Of a stretch of 64,000 nucleotides of DNA, positions 21,701-36,700 are shown piece by piece. Made by a program: the position numbers and the translations under genes. The notes beneath the pieces are model-generated. The model did not search any database. It was given only the letters and a program-made list of their open reading frames with translations, and was not told the origin of the DNA. The first letter of the stretch is position 1. Each line of letters begins with the position of its first letter. The stretch covers positions 5,518,001-5,582,000 of the forward strand of contig OZ059894.1 of the NCBI GenBank assembly GCA_964057225.1. The letters run 5' to 3'. Source of the stretch: Auanema rhodensis. Lineage: Eukaryota; Animalia; Nematoda.

Positions 21701-24700
21701 AGAATTAATTTTTTCGTTGAATAACATTGTCCATCGTCTTCGCCTCGAAAAAAAAATCTAAAAACATCTACTTTTTGTGAAATTATTCTGAAATTTTTCG
21801 GGAAAATTTTTGTCAAAAAGTTTTTGGAAGCAATTTTGAGTGTACATGGAAACTCAACATTCACTTATGCATCATTTTTCAAACGATCATAACTAATTTT
21901 TGTATTCAGCGTTTCTCAATGTCACATAGTGTATTCGATGCGGATTTTTAAGCTGCGTCGATCTGTGTTATCAGATTTGCGCTAACTTAAAAATGCACCG
22001 AGATATCAACTGATATAGGTTCACACTTATATCTTCGATTTTCACCCTGAAGAATTAATTTTTTCGTTGAATAACATTGTCCATCGTCTTCGCTTTGAAA
22101 AAAAAATCTAAAAACATCTCCTTTTTGTGAAATTATTTTGAAATTTTTCGTTAAAATTTTTGTCAAAATGTTTTTGGAAGCAATTTTGAGTGTAATGGAA
22201 ACTCAACATACACTAATGCATCATTTTTCAAACAATCATAACTAATTTTTGTATTCAGCGTTTCTCAATAGAGTATAGTGCATTCGATGCGGATTTTTAA
22301 GCTGCGTCGATCTGTGTTATCAGATTTGCGCTAGCTTAAAAATGCACCGAGATATCAACTGATATAGGTTCACACTTATATCTTCGATTTTCACCCTGAA
22401 GAATTAATTTTTTCGTTGAATAACATTGTCCATCGTCTTCGCCTCGAAAAAAAAATCTAAAAACATCTACTTTTTGTGAAATTATTTTGAAATTTTTCGG
22501 GAAAATTTTTGTCAAAATGTTTTTGGAAGCAATTTCGAGTGTACATGGAAACTCAACATACACTTATGCATCATTTTTCAAACAATCATAACTAATTTTT
22601 GTATTAGACGTTTCCCAATGTATTATAGTGTATTCGATGCGGATTTTTAAGCTGCGTCGATCTGTGTTATCAGATTTGCGCTAGCTTAAAAATGCACCGA
22701 GATATCAACTGATATAGGTTCACACTTATATCTTCGATTTTCACCCTGAAGAATTAATTTTTTCGTTGAATAACATTGTCCATCGTCTTCGCCTCGAAAA
22801 AAAAATCTAAAAACATCTACTTTTTGTGAAATTATTTTGAAATTTTTCGGGAAAATTTTTGTCAAAATGTTTTTGGAAGCAATGTTGAGTGTAATGGAAA
22901 CTCAACATACACTAATGCATCATTTTTCAAACAATCATAACTAATTTTTGTATTCAGCGTTTCTCAATAGAGTATAGTGCATTCGATGCGGATTTTTAAG
23001 CTGCGTCGATCTGTGTTATCAGATTTGCGCTAGCTTAAAAATGCACCGAGATATCAACTGATATAGGTTCACACTTATATCTTCGATTTTCACCCTGAAG
23101 AATTAATTTTTTCGTTGAATAACATTGTCCATCGTCTTCGCCTCGAAAAAAAAATCTAAAAACATCTACTTTTTGTGAAATTATTTTGAAATTTTTCGGG
23201 AAAATTTTTGTCAAAATGTTTTTGGAAGCAATGTTGAGTGTAATGGAAACTCAACATACACTAATGCATCATTTTTCAAACAATCATAACTAATTTTTGT
23301 ATTCAGCGTTTCTCAATGTCACAGAGTGTATTCGATGCGGATTTTTAAGCTGCGTCGATCTGTGTTATCAGATTTGCGCTAGCTTACAAATGCACCGAGA
23401 TATCAACTGATATAGGTTCACACTTATATCTTCGATTTTCACCCTGAAGAATTAATTTTTTCGTTGAATAACATTGTCCATCGTCTTCGCCTCGAAAAAA
23501 AAATCTAAAAACATCTACTTTTTGTAAAATTATCTGGAAATTTTTCGGGAAAATTTTTGTCAAAAAGTTTTTGGAAGCAATTTCGAGTGTACATGGAAAC
23601 TCAACATACACTTATGCATCATTTTTCAAACAATCATAACTAATTTTTGTATTCAGCGTTTCTCAATGTCACATAGTGTATTCGATGCGGATTTTTAAGC
23701 TGCGTCGATCTGTGTTATCAGATTTGCGCTAGCTTACAAATGCACCGAGATATCAACTGATATAAGTTCACACTTATATCTTCGATTTTCACCCTGAAGA
23801 ATTAATTTTTTCGTTGAATAACATTGTCCATCGTCTTCGCCTCGAAAAAAAAATCTAAAAACATCTACTTTTTGTGAAATTATTTTGAAATTTTTCGGGA
23901 AAATTTTTGTCAAAATGTTTTTGGAAGCAATGTTGAGTGTAATGGAAACTCAACATACACTAATGCATCATTTTTCAAACAATCATAACTAATTTTTGTA
24001 TTCAGCGTTTCTCAATAGAGTATAGTGCATTCGATGCGGATTTTTAAGCTGCGTCGATCTGTGTTATCAGATTTGCGCTAGCTTAAAAATGCACCGAGAT
24101 ATCAACTGATATAGGTTCACACTTATATCTTCGATTTTCACCCTGAAGAATTAATTTTTTCGTTGAATAACATTGTCCATCGTCTTCGCCTCGAAAAAAA
24201 AATCTAAAAACATCTACTTTTTGTGAAATTATTTTGAAATTTTTCGGGAAAATTTTTGTCAAAATGTTTTTGGAAGCAATGTTGAGTGTAATGGAAACTC
24301 AACATACACTAATGCATCATTTTTCAAACAATCATAACTAATTTTTGTATTCAGCGTTTCTCAATAGAGTATAGTGCATTCGATGCGGATTTTTAAGCTG
24401 CGTCGATCTGTGTTATCAGATTTGCGCTAGCTTAAAAATGCACCGAGATATCAACTGATATAGGTTCACACTTATATCTTCGATTTTCACCCTGAAGAAT
24501 TAATTTTTTCGTTGAATAACATTGTCCATCGTCTTCGCCTCGAAAAAAAAATCTAAAAACATCTACTTTTTGTGAAATTATTTTGAAATTTTTCGGGAAA
24601 ATTTTTGTCAAAATGTTTTTGGAAGCAATGTTGAGTGTAATGGAAACTCAACATACACTAATGCATCATTTTTCAAACAATCATAACTAATTTTTGTATT

Positions 24701-27700
24701 CAGCGTTTCTCAATGTCACAGAGTGTATTCGATGCGGATTTTTAAGCTGCGTCGATCTGTGTTATCAGATTTGCGCTAACTTAAAAATGCACCGAGATAT
24801 CAACTGATATAGGTTCACACTTATATCACTAATGCATCATTTTTCAAACAATCATAACTAATTTTTGTATTCAGCGTTTCTCAATAGAGTATAGTGCATT
24901 CGATGCGGATTTTTAAGCTGCGTCGATCTGTGTTATCAGATTTGCGCTAGCTTAAAAATGCACCGAGATATCAACTGATATAGGTTCACACTTATATCTT
25001 CGATTTTCACCCTGAAGAATTAATTTTTTCGTTGAATAACATTGTCCATCGTCTTCGCCTCGAAAAAAAAATCTAAAAACATCTACTTTTTGTGAAATTA
25101 TTTTGAAATTTTTCGGGAAAATTTTTGTCAAAATGTTTTTGGAAGCAATGTTGAGTGTAATGGAAACTCAACATACACTAATGCATCATTTTTCAAACAA
25201 TCATAACTAATTTTTGTATTCAGCGTTTCTCAATGTCACAGAGTGTATTCGATGCGGATTTTTAAGCTGCGTCGATCTGTGTTATCAGATTTGCGCTAGC
25301 TTACAAATGCACCGAGATATCAACTGATATAGGTTCACACTTATATCTTCGATTTTCACCCTGAAGAATTAATTTTTTCGTTGAATAACATTGTCCATCG
25401 TCTTCGCCTCGAAAAAAAAATCTAAAAACATCTACTTTTTGTAAAATTATCTGGAAATTTTTCGGGAAAATTTTTGTCAAAAAGTTTTTGGAAGCAATTT
25501 CGAGTGTACATGGAAACTCAACATACACTTATGCATCATTTTTCAAACAATCATAACTAATTTTTGTATTCAGCGTTTCTCAATGTCACATAGTGTATTC
25601 GATGCGGATTTTTAAGCTGCGTCGATCTGTGTTATCAGATTTGCGCTAGCTTACAAATGCACCGAGATATCAACTGATATAAGTTCACACTTATATCTTC
25701 GATTTTCACCCTGAAGAATTAATTTTTTCGTTGAATAACATTGTCCATCGTCTTCGCCTCGAAAAAAAAATCTAAAAACATCTACTTTTTGTGAAATTAT
25801 TTTGAAATTTTTCGGGAAAATTTTTGTCAAAATGTTTTTGGAAGCAATGTTGAGTGTAATGGAAACTCAACATACACTAATGCATCATTTTTCAAACAAT
25901 CATAACTAATTTTTGTATTCAGCGTTTCTCAATGTCACATAGTGTATTCGATGCGGATTTTTAAGCTGCGTCGATCTGTGTTATCAGATTTGCGCTAACT
26001 TAAAAATGCACCGAGATATCAACTGATATAGGTTCACACTTATATCTTCGATTTTCACCCTGAAGAATTAATTTTTTCGTTGAATAACATTGTCCATCGT
26101 CTTCGCCTCGAAAAAAAAATCTAAAAACATCTACTTTTTGTGAAATTATTTTGAAATTTTTCGGGAAAATTTTTGTCAAAATGTTTTTGGAAGCAATTTC
26201 GAGTGTACATGGAAACTCAACATACACTTATGCATCATTTTTCAAACAATCATAACTAATTTTTGTATTAGACGTTTCCCAATGTATTATAGTGTATTCG
26301 ATGCGGATTTTTAAGCTGCGTCGATCTGTGTTATCAGATTTGCGCTAACTTAAAAATGCACCGAGATATCAACTGATATAGGATCACACTTATATCTTCG
26401 ATTTTCACCCTGCAAAATTAATTTTTTCGTTGAATAACATTGTCCATCGTCTTCGCCTCGAAAAAAAAATCTAAAAACATCTACTTTTTGTGAAATTATT
26501 TTGAAATTTTTCGTTAAAATTTTTGTCAAAATGTTTTTGGAAGCAATTTTGAGTGTAATGGAAACTCAACATACACTAATGCATCATTTTTCAAACAATC
26601 ATAACTAATTTTTGTATTCAGCGTTTCTCAATAGAGTATAGTGCATTCGATGCGGATTTTTAAGCTGCGTCGATCTGTGTTATCAGATTTGCGCTAACTT
26701 AAAAATGCACCGAGATATCAACTGATATAGGTTCACACTTATATCTTCGATTTTCACCCTGCAAAATTAATTTTTTCGTTGAATAACATTGTCCATCGTC
26801 TTCGCCTCGAAAAAAAAATCTAAAAACATCTACTTTTTGTGAAATTATTTTGAAATTTTTCGGGAAAATTTTTGTCAAAATGTTTTTGGAAGCAATGTTG
26901 AGTGTAATGGAAACTCAACATACACTAATGCATCATTTTTCAAACAATCATAACTAATTTTTGTATTCAGCGTTTCTCAATGTCACAGAGTGTATTCGAT
27001 GCGGATTTTTAAGCTGCGTCGATCTGTGTTATCAGATTTGCGCTAACTTAAAAATGCACCGAGATATCAACTGATATAGGTTCACACTTATATCTTCGAT
27101 TTTCACCCTGAAGAATTAATTTTTTCGTTGAATAACATTGTCCATCGTCTTCGCCTCGAAAAAAAAATCTAAAAACATCTACTTTTTGTAAAATTATCTG
27201 GAAATTTTTCGGGAAAATTTTTGTCAAAAAGTTTTTGGAAGCAATTTCGAGTGTACATGGAAACTCAACATACACTTATGCATCATTTTTCAAACAATCA
27301 TAACTAATTTTTGTATTCAGCGTTTCTCAATGTCACATAGTGTATTCGATGCGGATTTTTAAGCTGCGTCGATCTGTGTTATCAGATTTGCGCTAGCTTA
27401 CAAATGCACCGAGATATCAACTGATATAAGTTCACACTTATATCTTCGATTTTCACCCTGAAGAATTAATTTTTTCGTTGAATAACATTGTCCATCGTCT
27501 TCGCCTCAAAAAAAAAATCTAAAAACATCTACTTTTTGTGAAATTATTTTGAAATTTTTCGGGAAAATTTTTGTCAAAATGTTTTTGGAAGCAATGTTGA
27601 GTGTAATGGAAACTCAACATACACTAATGCATCATTTTTCAAACAATCATAACTAATTTTTGTATTCAGCGTTTCTCAATGTCACATAGTGTATTCGATG

Positions 27701-30700
27701 CGGATTTTTAAGCTGCGTCGATCTGTGTTATCAGATTTGCGCTAACTTAAAAATGCACCGAGATATCAACTGATATAGGTTCACACTTATATCTTCGATT
27801 TTCACCCTGAAGAATTAATTTTTTCGTTGAATAACATTGTCCATCGTCTTCGCCTCGAAAAAAAAATCTAAAAACATCTACTTTTTGTAAAATTATCTGG
27901 AAATTTTTCGGGAAAATTTTTGTCAAAAAGTTTTTGGAAGCAATTTCGAGTGTACATGGAAACTCAACATACACTTATGCATCATTTTTCAAACAATCAT
28001 AACTAATTTTTGTATTCAGCGTTTCTCAATGTCACATAGTGTATTCGATGCGGATTTTTAAGCTGCGTCGATCTGTGTTATCAGATTTGCGCTAGCTTAC
28101 AAATGCACCGAGATATCAACTGATATAAGTTCACACTTATATCTTCGATTTTCACCCTGAAGAATTAATTTTTTCGTTGAATAACATTGTCCATCGTCTT
28201 CGCCTCGAAAAAAAAATCTAAAAACATCTACTTTTTGTAAAATTATCTGGAAATTTTTCGGGAAAATTTTTGTCAAAAAGTTTTTGGAAGCAATTTTGAG
28301 TGTACATGGAAACTCAACATTCACTTATGCATCATTTTTCAAACGATCATAACTAATTTTTGTATTAAGCGTTTCTCAATGTCACATAGTGTATTCGATG
28401 CGGATTTTTAAGCTGCGTCGATCTGTGTTATCAGATTTGCGCTAGCTTACAAATGCACCGAGATATCAACTGATATAAGTTCACACTTATATCTTCGATT
28501 TTCACCCTGAAGAATTAATTTTTTCGTTGAATAACATTGTCCATCGTCTTCGCCTCGAAAAAAAAATCTAAAAACATCTACTTTTTGTGAAATTATTTTG
28601 AAATTTTTCGGGAAAATTTTTGTCAAAATGTTTTTGGAAGCAATGTTGAGTGTAATGGAAACTCAACATACACTAATGCATCATTTTTCAAACAATCATA
28701 ACTAATTTTTGTATTCAGCGTTTCTCAATGTCACATAGTGTATTCGATGCGGATTTTTAAGCTGCGTCGATCTGTGTTATCAGATTTGCGCTAACTTAAA
28801 AATGCACCGAGATATCAACTGATATAGGTTCACACTTATATCTTCGATTTTCACCCTGAAGAATTAATTTTTTCGTTGAATAACATTGTCCATCGTCTTC
28901 ACCTCGAAAAAAAAATCTAAAAACATCTACTTTTTGTGAAATTATTCTGAAATTTTTCGTTAAAATTTTTGTCAAAAAGTTTTTGGAAGCAATTTTGAGT
29001 GTACATGGAAACTCAACATACACTTATGCATCATTTTTCAAACGATCATAACTAATTTTTGTATTCAGCGTTTCTCAATGTCACATAGTGTATTCGATGC
29101 GGATTTTTAAGCTGCGTCGATCTGTGTTATCAGATTTGCGCTAGCTTACAAATGCACCGAGATATCAACTGATATAGGTTCACACTTATATCTTCGATTT
29201 TCACCCTGAAGAATTAATTTTTTCGTTGAATAACATTGTCCATCGTCTTCGCCTCGAAAAAAAAATCTAAAAACATCTACTTTTTGTGAAATTATTTTGA
29301 AATTTTTCGGGAAAATTTTTGTCAAAATGTTTTTGGAAGCAATGTTGAGTGTAATGGAAACTCAACATACACTAATGCATCATTTTTCAAACGATCATAA
29401 CTAATTTTTGTATTCAGCGTTTCTCAATGTCACATAGTGTATTCGATGCGGATTTTTAAGCTGCGTCGATCTGTGTTATCAGATTTGCGCTAGCTTACAA
29501 ATGCACCGAGATATCAACTGATATAGGTTCACACTTATATCTTCGATTTTCACCCTGAAGAATTAATTTTTTCGTTGAATAACATTGTCCATCGTCTTCA
29601 CCTCGAAAAAAAAATCTAAAAACATCTACTTTTTGTGAAATTATTCTGAAATTTTTCGTTAAAATTTTTGTCAAAATGTTTTTGGAAGCAATTTTGAGTG
29701 TAATGGAAACTCAACATACACTAATGCATCATTTTTCAAACGATCATAACTAATTTTTGTATTCAGCGTTTCTCAATAGAGTATAGTGCATTCGATGCGG
29801 ATTTTTAAGCTGCGTCGATCTGTGTTATCAGATTTGCGCTAGCTTAAAAATGCACCGAGATATCAACTGATATAGGTTCACACTTATATCTTCGATTTTC
29901 ACCCTGAAGAATTAATTTTTTCGTTGAATAACATTGTCCATCGTCTTCGCCTCGAAAAAAAAATCTAAAAACATCTACTTTTTGTGAAATTATTCTGAAA
30001 TTTTTCGGGAAAATTTTTGTCAAAAAGTTTTTGGAAGCAATTTTGAGTGTACATGGAAACTCAACATTCACTTATGCATCATTTTTCAAACGATCATAAC
30101 TAATTTTTGTATTCAGCGTTTCTCAATGTCACATAGTGTATTCGATGCGGATTTTTAAGCTGCGTCGATCTGTGTTATCAGATTTGCGCTAACTTAAAAA
30201 TGCACCGAGATATCAACTGATATAGGTTCACACTTATATCTTCGATTTTCACCCTGAAGAATTAATTTTTTCGTTGAATAACATTGTCCATCGTCTTTGC
30301 TTTGAAAAAAAAATCTAAAAACATCTCCTTTTTGTGAAATTATCTGGAAATTTTTCGGGAAAATTTTTGTCAAAAAGTTTTTGGAAGCAATTTTGAGTGT
30401 ACATGGAAACTCAACATTCACTTATGCATCATTTTTCAAACGATCATAACTAATTTTTGTATTAAGCGTTTCTCAATGTCACATAGTGTATTCGATGCGG
30501 ATTTTTAAGCTGCGTCGATCTGTGTTATCAGATTTGCGCTAGCTTAAAAATGCACCGAGATATCAACTGATATAAGTTCACACTTATATCTTCGATTTTC
30601 ACCCTGAAGAATTAAATTTTTCGTTGAATAACATTGTCCATCGTCTTCGCCTCGAAAAAAAAATCTAAAAACATCTACTTTTTGTGAAATTATTCTGAAA

Positions 30701-33700
30701 TTTTTCGTTAAAATTTTTGTCAAAATGTTTTTGGAAGCAATTTTGAGTGTAATGGAAACTCAACATACACTAATGCATCATTTTTCAAACAATCATAACT
30801 AATTTTTGTATTCAGCGTTTCTCAATAGAGTATAGTGCATTCGATGCGGATTTTTAAGCTGCGTCCATCTGTGTTATCAGATTTGCGCTAACTTAAAAAT
30901 GCACCGAGATATCAACTGATATAGGTTCACACTTATATCTTCGATTTTCACCCTGAAGAATTAATTTTTTCGTTGAATAACATTGTCCATCGTCTTCGCC
31001 TCGAAAAAAAAATCTAAAAACATCTACTTTTTGTGAAATTATTTTGAAATTTTTCGGGAAAATTTTTGTCAAAATGTTTTTGGAAGCAATGTTGAGTGTA
31101 ATGGAAACTCAACATACACTAATGCATCATTTTTCAAACGATCATAACTAATTTTTGTATTGGACGTTTCCCAATGTATTATAGTGTATTCGATGCGGAT
31201 TTTTAAGCTGCGTCGATCTGTGTTATCAGATTTGCGCTAACTTAAAAATGCACCGAGATATCAACTGATATAGGTTCACACTTATATCTTCGATTTTCAC
31301 CCTGCAAAATTAATTTTTTCGTTGAATAACATTGTCCATCGTCTTTGCCTTGAAAAAAGGAATCTAAAAACATCTACTTTTTGTAAAATTATCTGGAAAT
31401 TTTTCGGGAAAATTTTTGTCAAAATGTTTTTGGAAGCAATGTTGAGTGTAATGGAAACTCAACATACACTAATGCATCATTTTTCAAACAATCATAACTA
31501 ATTTTTGTATTCAGCGTTTCTCAATAGAGTATAGTGCATTCGATGCGGATTTTTAAGCTGCGTCGATCTGTGTTATCAGATTTGCGCTAGCTTACAAATG
31601 CACCGAGATATCAACTGATATAGGTTCACACTTATATCTTCGATTTTCACCCTGAAGAATTAATTTTTTCGTTGAATAACATTGTCCATCGTCTTCGCCT
31701 CGAAAAAAAAATCTAAAAACATCTACTTTTTGTGAAATTATTTTGAAATTTTTCGGGAAAATTTTTGTCAAAAAGTTTTTGGAAGCAATTTCGAGTGTAC
31801 ATGGAAACTCAACATACACTTATGCATCATTTTTCAAACAATCATAACTAATTTTTGTATTCAGCGTTTCTCAATGTCACATAGTGTATTCGATGCGGAT
31901 TTTTAAGCTGCGTCGATCTGTGTTATCAGATTTGCGCTAACTTAAAAATGCACCGAGATATCAACTGATATAGGTTCACACTTATATCTTCGATTTTCAC
32001 CCTGCAAAATTAATTTTTTCGTTGAATAACATTGTCCATCGTCTTTGCCTTGAAAAAAGGAATCTAAAAACATCTACTTTTTGTAAAATTATCTGGAAAT
32101 TTTTCGGGAAAATTTTTGTCAAAATGTTTTTGGAAGCAATGTTGAGTGTAATGGAAACTCAACATACACTAATGCATCATTTTTCAAACAATCATAACTA
32201 ATTTTTGTATTCAGCGTTTCTCAATGTCACATAGTGTATTCGATGCGGATTTTTAAGCTGCGTCGATCTGTGTTATCAGATTTGCGCTAACTTAAAAATG
32301 CACCGAGATATCAACTGATATAGGTTCACACTTATATCTTCGATTTTCACCCTGAAGAATTAATTTTTTCGTTGAATAACATTGTCCATCGTCTTCACCT
32401 CGAAAAAAAAATCTAAAAACATCTACTTTTTGTGAAATTATTCTGAAATTTTTCGTTAAAATTTTTGTCAAAAAGTTTTTGGAAGCAATTTTGAGTGTAC
32501 ATGGAAACTCAACATACACTTATGCATCATTTTTCAAACGATCATAACTAATTTTTGTATTCAGCGTTTCTCAATGTCACATAGTGTATTCGATGCGGAT
32601 TTTTAAGCTGCGTCGATCTGTGTTATCAGATTTGCGCTAGCTTACAAATGCACCGAGATATCAACTGATATAGGTTCACACTTATATCTTCGATTTTCAC
32701 CCTGAAGAATTAATTTTTTCGTTGAATAACATTGTCCATCGTCTTCGCCTCGAAAAAAAAATCTAAAAACATCTACTTTTTGTGAAATTATTTTGAAATT
32801 TTTCGGGAAAATTTTTGTCAAAATGTTTTTGGAAGCAATGTTGAGTGTAATGGAAACTCAACATACACTAATGCATCATTTTTCAAACGATCATAACTAA
32901 TTTTTGTATTCAGCGTTTCTCAATGTCACATAGTGTATTCGATGCGGATTTTTAAGCTGCGTCGATCTGTGTTATCAGATTTGCGCTAGCTTACAAATGC
33001 ACCGAGATATCAACTGATATAGGTTCACACTTATATCTTCGATTTTCACCCTGAAGAATTAATTTTTTCGTTGAATAACATTGTCCATCGTCTTCACCTC
33101 GAAAAAAAAATCTAAAAACATCTACTTTTTGTGAAATTATTCTGAAATTTTTCGTTAAAATTTTTGTCAAAATGTTTTTGGAAGCAATTTTGAGTGTAAT
33201 GGAAACTCAACATACACTAATGCATCATTTTTCAAACGATCATAACTAATTTTTGTATTCAGCGTTTCTCAATAGAGTATAGTGCATTCGATGCGGATTT
33301 TTAAGCTGCGTCGATCTGTGTTATCAGATTTGCGCTAGCTTAAAAATGCACCGAGATATCAACTGATATAGGTTCACACTTATATCTTCGATTTTCACCC
33401 TGAAGAATTAATTTTTTCGTTGAATAACATTGTCCATCGTCTTCGCCTCGAAAAAAAAATCTAAAAACATCTACTTTTTGTGAAATTATTCTGAAATTTT
33501 TCGGGAAAATTTTTGTCAAAAAGTTTTTGGAAGCAATTTTGAGTGTACATGGAAACTCAACATTCACTTATGCATCATTTTTCAAACGATCATAACTAAT
33601 TTTTGTATTCAGCGTTTCTCAATGTCACATAGTGTATTCGATGCGGATTTTTAAGCTGCGTCGATCTGTGTTATCAGATTTGCGCTAACTTAAAAATGCA

Positions 33701-36700
33701 CCGAGATATCAACTGATATAGGTTCACACTTATATCTTCGATTTTCACCCTGAAGAATTAATTTTTTCGTTGAATAACATTGTCCATCGTCTTTGCTTTG
33801 AAAAAAAAATCTAAAAACATCTCCTTTTTGTGAAATTATCTGGAAATTTTTCGGGAAAATTTTTGTCAAAAAGTTTTTGGAAGCAATTTTGAGTGTACAT
33901 GGAAACTCAACATACACTTATGCATCATTTTTCAAACGATCATAACTAATTTTTGTATTAAGCGTTTCTCAATGTCACATAGTGTATTCGATGCGGATTT
34001 TTAAGCTGCGTCGATCTGTGTTATCAGATTTGCGCTAGCTTAAAAATGCACCGAGATATCAACTGATATAAGTTCACACTTATATCTTCGATTTTCACCC
34101 TGAAGAATTAAATTTTTCGTTGAATAACATTGTCCATCGTCTTCGCCTCGAAAAAAAAATCTGAAAACATCTACTTTTTGTGAAATTATTCTGAAATTTT
34201 TCGTTAAAATTTTTGTCAAAATGTTTTTGGAAGCAATGTTGAGTGTAATGGAAACTCAACATACACTAATGCATCATTTTTCAAACAATCATAACTAATT
34301 TTTGTATTCAGCGTTTCTCAATAGAGTATAGTGCATTCGATGCGGATTTTTAAGCTGCGTCCATCTGTGTTATCAGATTTGCGCTAACTTAAAAATGCAC
34401 CGAGATATCAACTGATATAGGTTCACACTTATATCTTCGATTTTCACCCTGAAGAATTAATTTTTTCGTTGAATAACATTGTCCATCGTCTTCGCCTTGA
34501 AAAAAAAATCTAAAAACATCTACTTTTTGTGAAATTATCTGGAAATTTTTCGGGAAAATTTTTGTCAAAAAGTTTTTGGAAGCAATTTTGAGTGTACATG
34601 GAAACTCAACATACACTTATGCATCATTTTTCAAACGATCATAACTAATTTTTGTATTCAGCGTTTCTCAATGTCACATAGTGTATTCGATGCGGATTTT
34701 TAAGCTGCGTCGATCTGTGTTATCAGATTTGCGCTAGCTTAAAAATGCACCGAGATATCAACTGATATAAGTTCACACTTATATCTTCGATTTTCACCCT
34801 GAAGAATTAAATTTTTCGTTGAATAACATTGTCCATCGTCTTCGCCTCGAAAAAAAAATCTAAAAACATCTACTTTTTGTGAAATTATTCTGAAATTTTT
34901 CGTTAAAATTTTTGTCAAAATGTTTTTGGAAGCAATTTTGAGTGTAATGGAAACTCAACATACACTAATGCATCATTTTTCAAACAATCATAACTAATTT
35001 TTGTATTCAGCGTTTCTCAATAGAGTATAGTGCATTCGATGCGGATTTTTAAGCTGCGTCCATCTGTGTTATCAGATTTGCGCTAACTTAAAAATGCACC
35101 GAGATATCAACTGATATAGGTTCACACTTATATCTTCGATTTTCACCCTGAAGAATTAATTTTTTCGTTGAATAACATTGTCCATCGTCTTCGCCTCGAA
35201 AAAAAAATCTAAAAACATCTACTTTTTGTGAAATTATTTTGAAATTTTTCGGGAAAATTTTTGTCAAAATGTTTTTGGAAGCAATGTTGAGTGTAATGGA
35301 AACTCAACATACACTAATGCATCATTTTTCAAACGATCATAACTAATTTTTGTATTCAGCGTTTCTCAATAGAGTATAGTGCATTCGATGCGGATTTTTA
35401 AGCTGCGTCGATCTGTGTTATCAGATTTGCGCTAGCTTAAAAATGCACCGAGATATCAACTGATATAGGTTCACACTTATATCTTCGATTTTCACCCTGC
35501 AAAATTAATTTTTTCGTTGAATAACATTGTCCATCGTCTTTGCCTTGAAAAAAGGAATCTAAAAACATCTACTTTTTGTAAAATTATCTGGAAATTTTTC
35601 GGGAAAATTTTTGTCAAAATGTTTTTGGAAGCAATGTTGAGTGTAATGGAAACTCAACATACACTAATGCATCATTTTTCAAACAATCATAACTAATTTT
35701 TGTATTCAGCGTTTCTCAATAGAGTATAGTGCATTCGATGCGGATTTTTAAGCTGCGTCGATCTGTGTTATCAGATTTGCGCTAGCTTACAAATGCACCG
35801 AGATATCAACTGATATAGGTTCACACTTATATCTTCGATTTTCACCCTGAAGAATTAATTTTTTCGTTGAATAACATTGTCCATCGTCTTCGCCTCGAAA
35901 AAAAAATCTAAAAACATCTACTTTTTGTGAAATTATTTTGAAATTTTTCGGGAAAATTTTTGTCAAAAAGTTTTTGGAAGCAATTTCGAGTGTACATGGA
36001 AACTCAACATACACTTATGCATCATTTTTCAAACAATCATAACTAATTTTTGTATTCAGCGTTTCTCAATGTCACATAGTGTATTCGATGCGGATTTTTA
36101 AGCTGCGTCGATCTGTGTTATCAGATTTGCGCTAACTTAAAAATGCACCGAGATATCAACTGATATAGGTTCACACTTATATCTTCGATTTTCACCCTGA
36201 AGAATTAATTTTTTCGTTGAATAACATTGTCCATCGTCTTTACCTCGAAAAAAAAATCTAAAAACATCTACTTTTTGTGAAATTATTCTGAAATTTTTCG
36301 TTAAAATTTTTGTCAAAATGTTTTTGGAAGCAATTTTGAGTGTAATGGAAACTCAACATACACTAATGCATCATTTTTCAAACGATCATAACTAATTTTT
36401 GTATTCAGCGTTTCTCAATGTCACATAGTGTATTCGATGCGGATTTTTAAGCTGCGTCGATCTGTGTTATCAGATTTGCGCTAACTTAAAAATGCACCGA
36501 GATATCAACTGATATAGGTTCACACTTATATCTTCGATTTTCACCCTGAAGAATTAATTTTTTCGTTGAATAACATTGTCCATCGTCTTCGCCTCGAAAA
36601 AAAAATCTAAAAACATCTACTTTTTGTGAAATTATTCTGAAATTTTTCGTTAAAATTTTTGTCAAAATGTTTTTGGAAGCAATTTCGAGTGTACATGGAA

